From an uncultured Spirochaetota bacterium (GTDB lineage: Bacteria > Spirochaetota > UBA4802 > UBA5550): a DNA stretch of 64,000 nucleotides. The position numbers and the translations under genes were made by a program. The notes beneath the pieces are model-generated. The model did no database searches. It saw only the letters and a program-made list of their open reading frames with translations, and was not told the DNA's origin. The stretch is from NCBI GenBank assembly GCA_963827275.1, contig CAWHAA010000007.1:224001-288000 (forward strand), given 5' to 3'. Positions 61,563 to 64,000 of this stretch are shown in pieces. Position 1 is the stretch's first letter, and every line of letters starts with the position of its first letter.

Positions 61563-63236
61563 TTATTTGACGAAGTATTCCCAGAGCTCCGCGCCGTTTG
61601 TCGGGTCGGTTCCCTGGAAATAGAGCACATCCCGCACGCCGTTGTTGAATACTTTCGGATACCCCGGCAAGATTGGTTCCGCGGACGTGACCGGCCGAGG
61701 ATTGGGGAACCAGGGATCGCCCGGCGATACGGGCATGGCGTCATCGTAGACCCATAACCGGTGGCCGCCGCCGTCGATTGCGCTGAAGTAGAGCTTATTG
61801 TCATACACTACAAATTCACCAGGGCCCGATCCGGACGTCCCTGGGTTGATATCCGCGATCATCTGGGGAGGGACCATCGGCGTCCTGTCGTCGTACATCC
61901 AGAGCTCGGCGCCGCTGGCGGCGTCGGTTCCCGCGAAATACAGCCGGTTGTTATAGACTGCCATGTTGAGGGGGTTCAGGTGCGGATACACCGTGTCATG
62001 AACGGGTTCGGCTTGCAGTGTTGGTGATGCTGAATTAAAAGAATAGAGCTGTCTGCCATACGTCGTATAATGGTCTTTGTCCGCTGAAAAGAACAGCTTG
62101 CCGTTGTACACTATAAGGCCCTGCGGTTGGGGGTTCGGTGATGTCGAATGAGGGTTAATTATCTGTGCGAGATAGAGAGGCTCGTCGTACACAAAGATAT
62201 TCCGCATGGACCCGTTATCGGTCGCAGTAAAATAGAGCCTGTTGTTGTACACCGTCAATTCCATCGGCATAGATTCGTTTGGATAATCCCCGGTCCCGTA
62301 ACCGGCGTATAGATCATAGGAAAGGGTAGCTGATGTTCCGGTTGTCGAATACAGCTCTGAACCGGTGCCGGTGAATTGTGTGGAATTGCTCGCCTGGAAA
62401 AACAGCTTGTTGTTGAATATGGCGAAATACGACGGATTTGAGCTGACGCTGCCGGGCATGATATCCTGCACCAGTGAGGCGAACCCCGTCGCATCGCAGC
62501 TGAGAAGTTCGTACCCCTGGGCGCCATACTCCGCGCCGAAATAGAGCTGATTGTTGTATACTCTCATCCCCGTAAAGGAGGAAGTGTTATAACCGCCGCC
62601 GATCAATGTGGGAGACGGGTTCGTTCCGTCATACGCGAATATCCTGAAAATGGAGCCGTCGTATGCGTTGTAATGCAGCCTGTTGTTGTATATTGTCAGA
62701 TATCCGGGATTTGATGAACCGGTGGTGTTCAGGTCATATACCATCCGCGCGACCATGTCGGGGATTCTCAGGGCCGCTGGACGCGGTTGTTCTACCGGCG
62801 TCATTAAAATGGGGTCATAATAACATGAATAGACCAGCAGGTGGGTCGCACCGACCGGTATGTCTCCACCGACGTACATCGAGCTCACGGTCATCATGTT
62901 AGGGCTCTGGGTAATAATGGTATCACTGAGCTTGGTTGATGTGCCGGTCCCCCAGTAGACGCGAAACTCGTATACGTCGGGATCGGCGGGAGGCAGTACT
63001 ATCAGGTTCCCGGCGATCACATTTTCGTCTCTCGCCATGTCGATATAGCTCAGGCCCTGCGGCTGGTACGTGGCAGTGCCGAAGCCGAAAAAGGCCGCCA
63101 CGAGCGAGAACAGGGAGCCGTTCTTAATCTGATTCTGCGCGGTGTGGTATATATCATCGCACGCGGGGAGCGCGGCGGCGATGAAGGCAAGCATCAGTAT
63201 ATTGATTATCGCTCTGTTGATTGTGCTTTTATTCAT
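61563..63236 (-). CDS. ELWxxDGT-repeat beta-propeller lipoprotein
   Basis: Lipobox ALPAC. Repeats of 'YNNRLYF.A.D...G.ELW' and 'DINPG..SS.P'. Confidence 0.85.
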   Translation of the reverse strand: MNKSTINRAIINILMLAFIAAALPACDDIYHTAQNQIKNGSLFSLVAAFFGFGTATYQPQGLSYIDMARDENVIAGNLIVLPPADPDVYEFRVYWGTGTSTKLSDTIITQSPNMMTVSSMYVGGDIPVGATHLLVYSCYYDPILMTPVEQPRPAALRIPDMVARMVYDLNTTGSSNPGYLTIYNNRLHYNAYDGSIFRIFAYDGTNPSPTLIGGGYNTSSFTGMRVYNNQLYFGAEYGAQGYELLSCDATGFASLVQDIMPGSVSSNPSYFAIFNNKLFFQASNSTQFTGTGSELYSTTGTSATLSYDLYAGYGTGDYPNESMPMELTVYNNRLYFTATDNGSMRNIFVYDEPLYLAQIINPHSTSPNPQPQGLIVYNGKLFFSADKDHYTTYGRQLYSFNSASPTLQAEPVHDTVYPHLNPLNMAVYNNRLYFAGTDAASGAELWMYDDRTPMVPPQMIADINPGTSGSGPGEFVVYDNKLYFSAIDGGGHRLWVYDDAMPVSPGDPWFPNPRPVTSAEPILPGYPKVFNNGVRDVLYFQGTDPTNGAELWEYFVK

Positions 63237-63280
63237 GATCGGAATCCTCCGTAACGTGTGATAGCGCTGCAGGCCGGCTG

Positions 63281-64000
63281 TCAGAACCGGAACGTGACGT
63301 CCGCTGACAGGGCCACCATGTGCAGGAGCCCGCTCTTTTCAAAGATGATGCCGTACTGCGCGTTGATGCCGATCCCCACAAGGCCGGTCGGGAGAAACAG
63401 GAACTGTACGCCCGCCATGCCGATCGGGTTGAACGCGGTTACCGACTTTTTCGTTTTCAGCGGGACCCCGATCAGCAGCGCCGTGACGGGATTGGCGAAC
63501 GAGTAGCTCATGGCGCTGTAGGAGTATCCCGCGTCCAGCGCCGGCGCGAGCCGGAACCATGGCGCCAGGCTGATCTCGTAGCTGAACCTGAGGGTGATCG
63601 GCGCGATGATGTGGTTTGTCGTGCCGCCCTTGGGGAACAGGTACCATGCGCCGGCGTGGAGCCCCATCTTGAACCCGCTCCCTCCCACGTGGAGCCAGTC
63701 GATCCCGACGAGGCCGCCGGCCCCGATATCCGCGCTGTCGTTAAAGTCGAGGATCGGCACGATGACCGAAGGCCGCACCGATATGCCCACGTTCGCCGTG
63801 TCGGCGCCGGCCGGGGCGGGGGCCTTCTTTAGCAGCTCGCGCTCTTTCTCCGCGGCCTTTTCTTTCTGCGCTTTTTCCTTTTCGGAGGGCTCCGCTTCTT
63901 TCTCGCCGGTCTTCAGTGTTTTTGCCGTCACCTCGTTGCTGGGGGTTGATTCATAATTATCGTTATCCACGACCCGCACGATAAATGCATACAGCGTATC
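63281..64000 (-). CDS. fibronectin type III + C-terminal outer-membrane beta-barrel protein (5' part outside window)
   Basis: 'DTLYAFIVRVVD...ES.PSNEV' is the end of an FN3 domain. It is followed by a charged linker, amphipathic strands and a terminal Phe (VTFRF). Confidence 0.7.
   Translation of the reverse strand, partial: DTLYAFIVRVVDNDNYESTPSNEVTAKTLKTGEKEAEPSEKEKAQKEKAAEKERELLKKAPAPAGADTANVGISVRPSVIVPILDFNDSADIGAGGLVGIDWLHVGGSGFKMGLHAGAWYLFPKGGTTNHIIAPITLRFSYEISLAPWFRLAPALDAGYSYSAMSYSFANPVTALLIGVPLKTKKSVTAFNPIGMAGVQFLFLPTGLVGIGINAQYGIIFEKSGLLHMVALSADVTFRF

Noticed and set aside
1..64000. tRNA/rRNA genes, IS elements, prophage or defence systems
   Set aside because: No cloverleaf or rRNA-like sequence, transposase, integrase, phage structural gene or known defence domain was recognised.

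Overview
This is a GC-rich, anaerobe-like bacterial chromosome segment. The spirochete-type lipoproteins suggest an uncultured Spirochaetota/Leptospirae-related MAG, but that is inference only. No rRNA, tRNA, CRISPR, integrase or transposase was recognised. The window has four parts. (1) 1.5-12.6 kb: a nine-gene minus-strand cluster that looks like an undescribed 'deconstructed' acyl-transfer or biosynthetic pathway. It encodes a PaaK/CapK-like adenylating ligase, a secreted Cys-Ntn hydrolase (C45-like), an LPG-synthase-type flippase, a degenerate CapA lipoprotein, a DegT-like aminotransferase, a GNAT with a DRR-repeat tail, and THREE tandem stand-alone condensation/CoA-acyltransferase (HHxxxDG) paralogs. 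A lipase-like hydrolase converges on it. (2) 13-36 kb: mostly housekeeping, lipid and stress genes (amidase, YegP-ankyrin, rmuC, HDAC, rubrerythrin, PP2C, DEAD-box helicase, cyclophilin, SUI1, Aas-like synthetase, ABC-F, SrkA, uppP). (3) 36.2-40.6 kb: a PhcB-like SAM methyltransferase translationally coupled to a 7TM-GAF histidine kinase, followed by a REC-GGDEF cyclase. This is a candidate methyl-ester quorum-sensing circuit wired to c-di-GMP. (4) 42.5-64 kb: a surface-protein island. It contains a compositionally mosaic NHL-propeller lipoprotein, a ~13-kb (~4,330 aa) repeat adhesin with 21 Ig-like units including hybrid repeats, an ELWxxDGT propeller lipoprotein and an FN3/beta-barrel protein. 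Several single-base frameshifts (ABC-F, kinase, adhesin) are most likely consensus errors.
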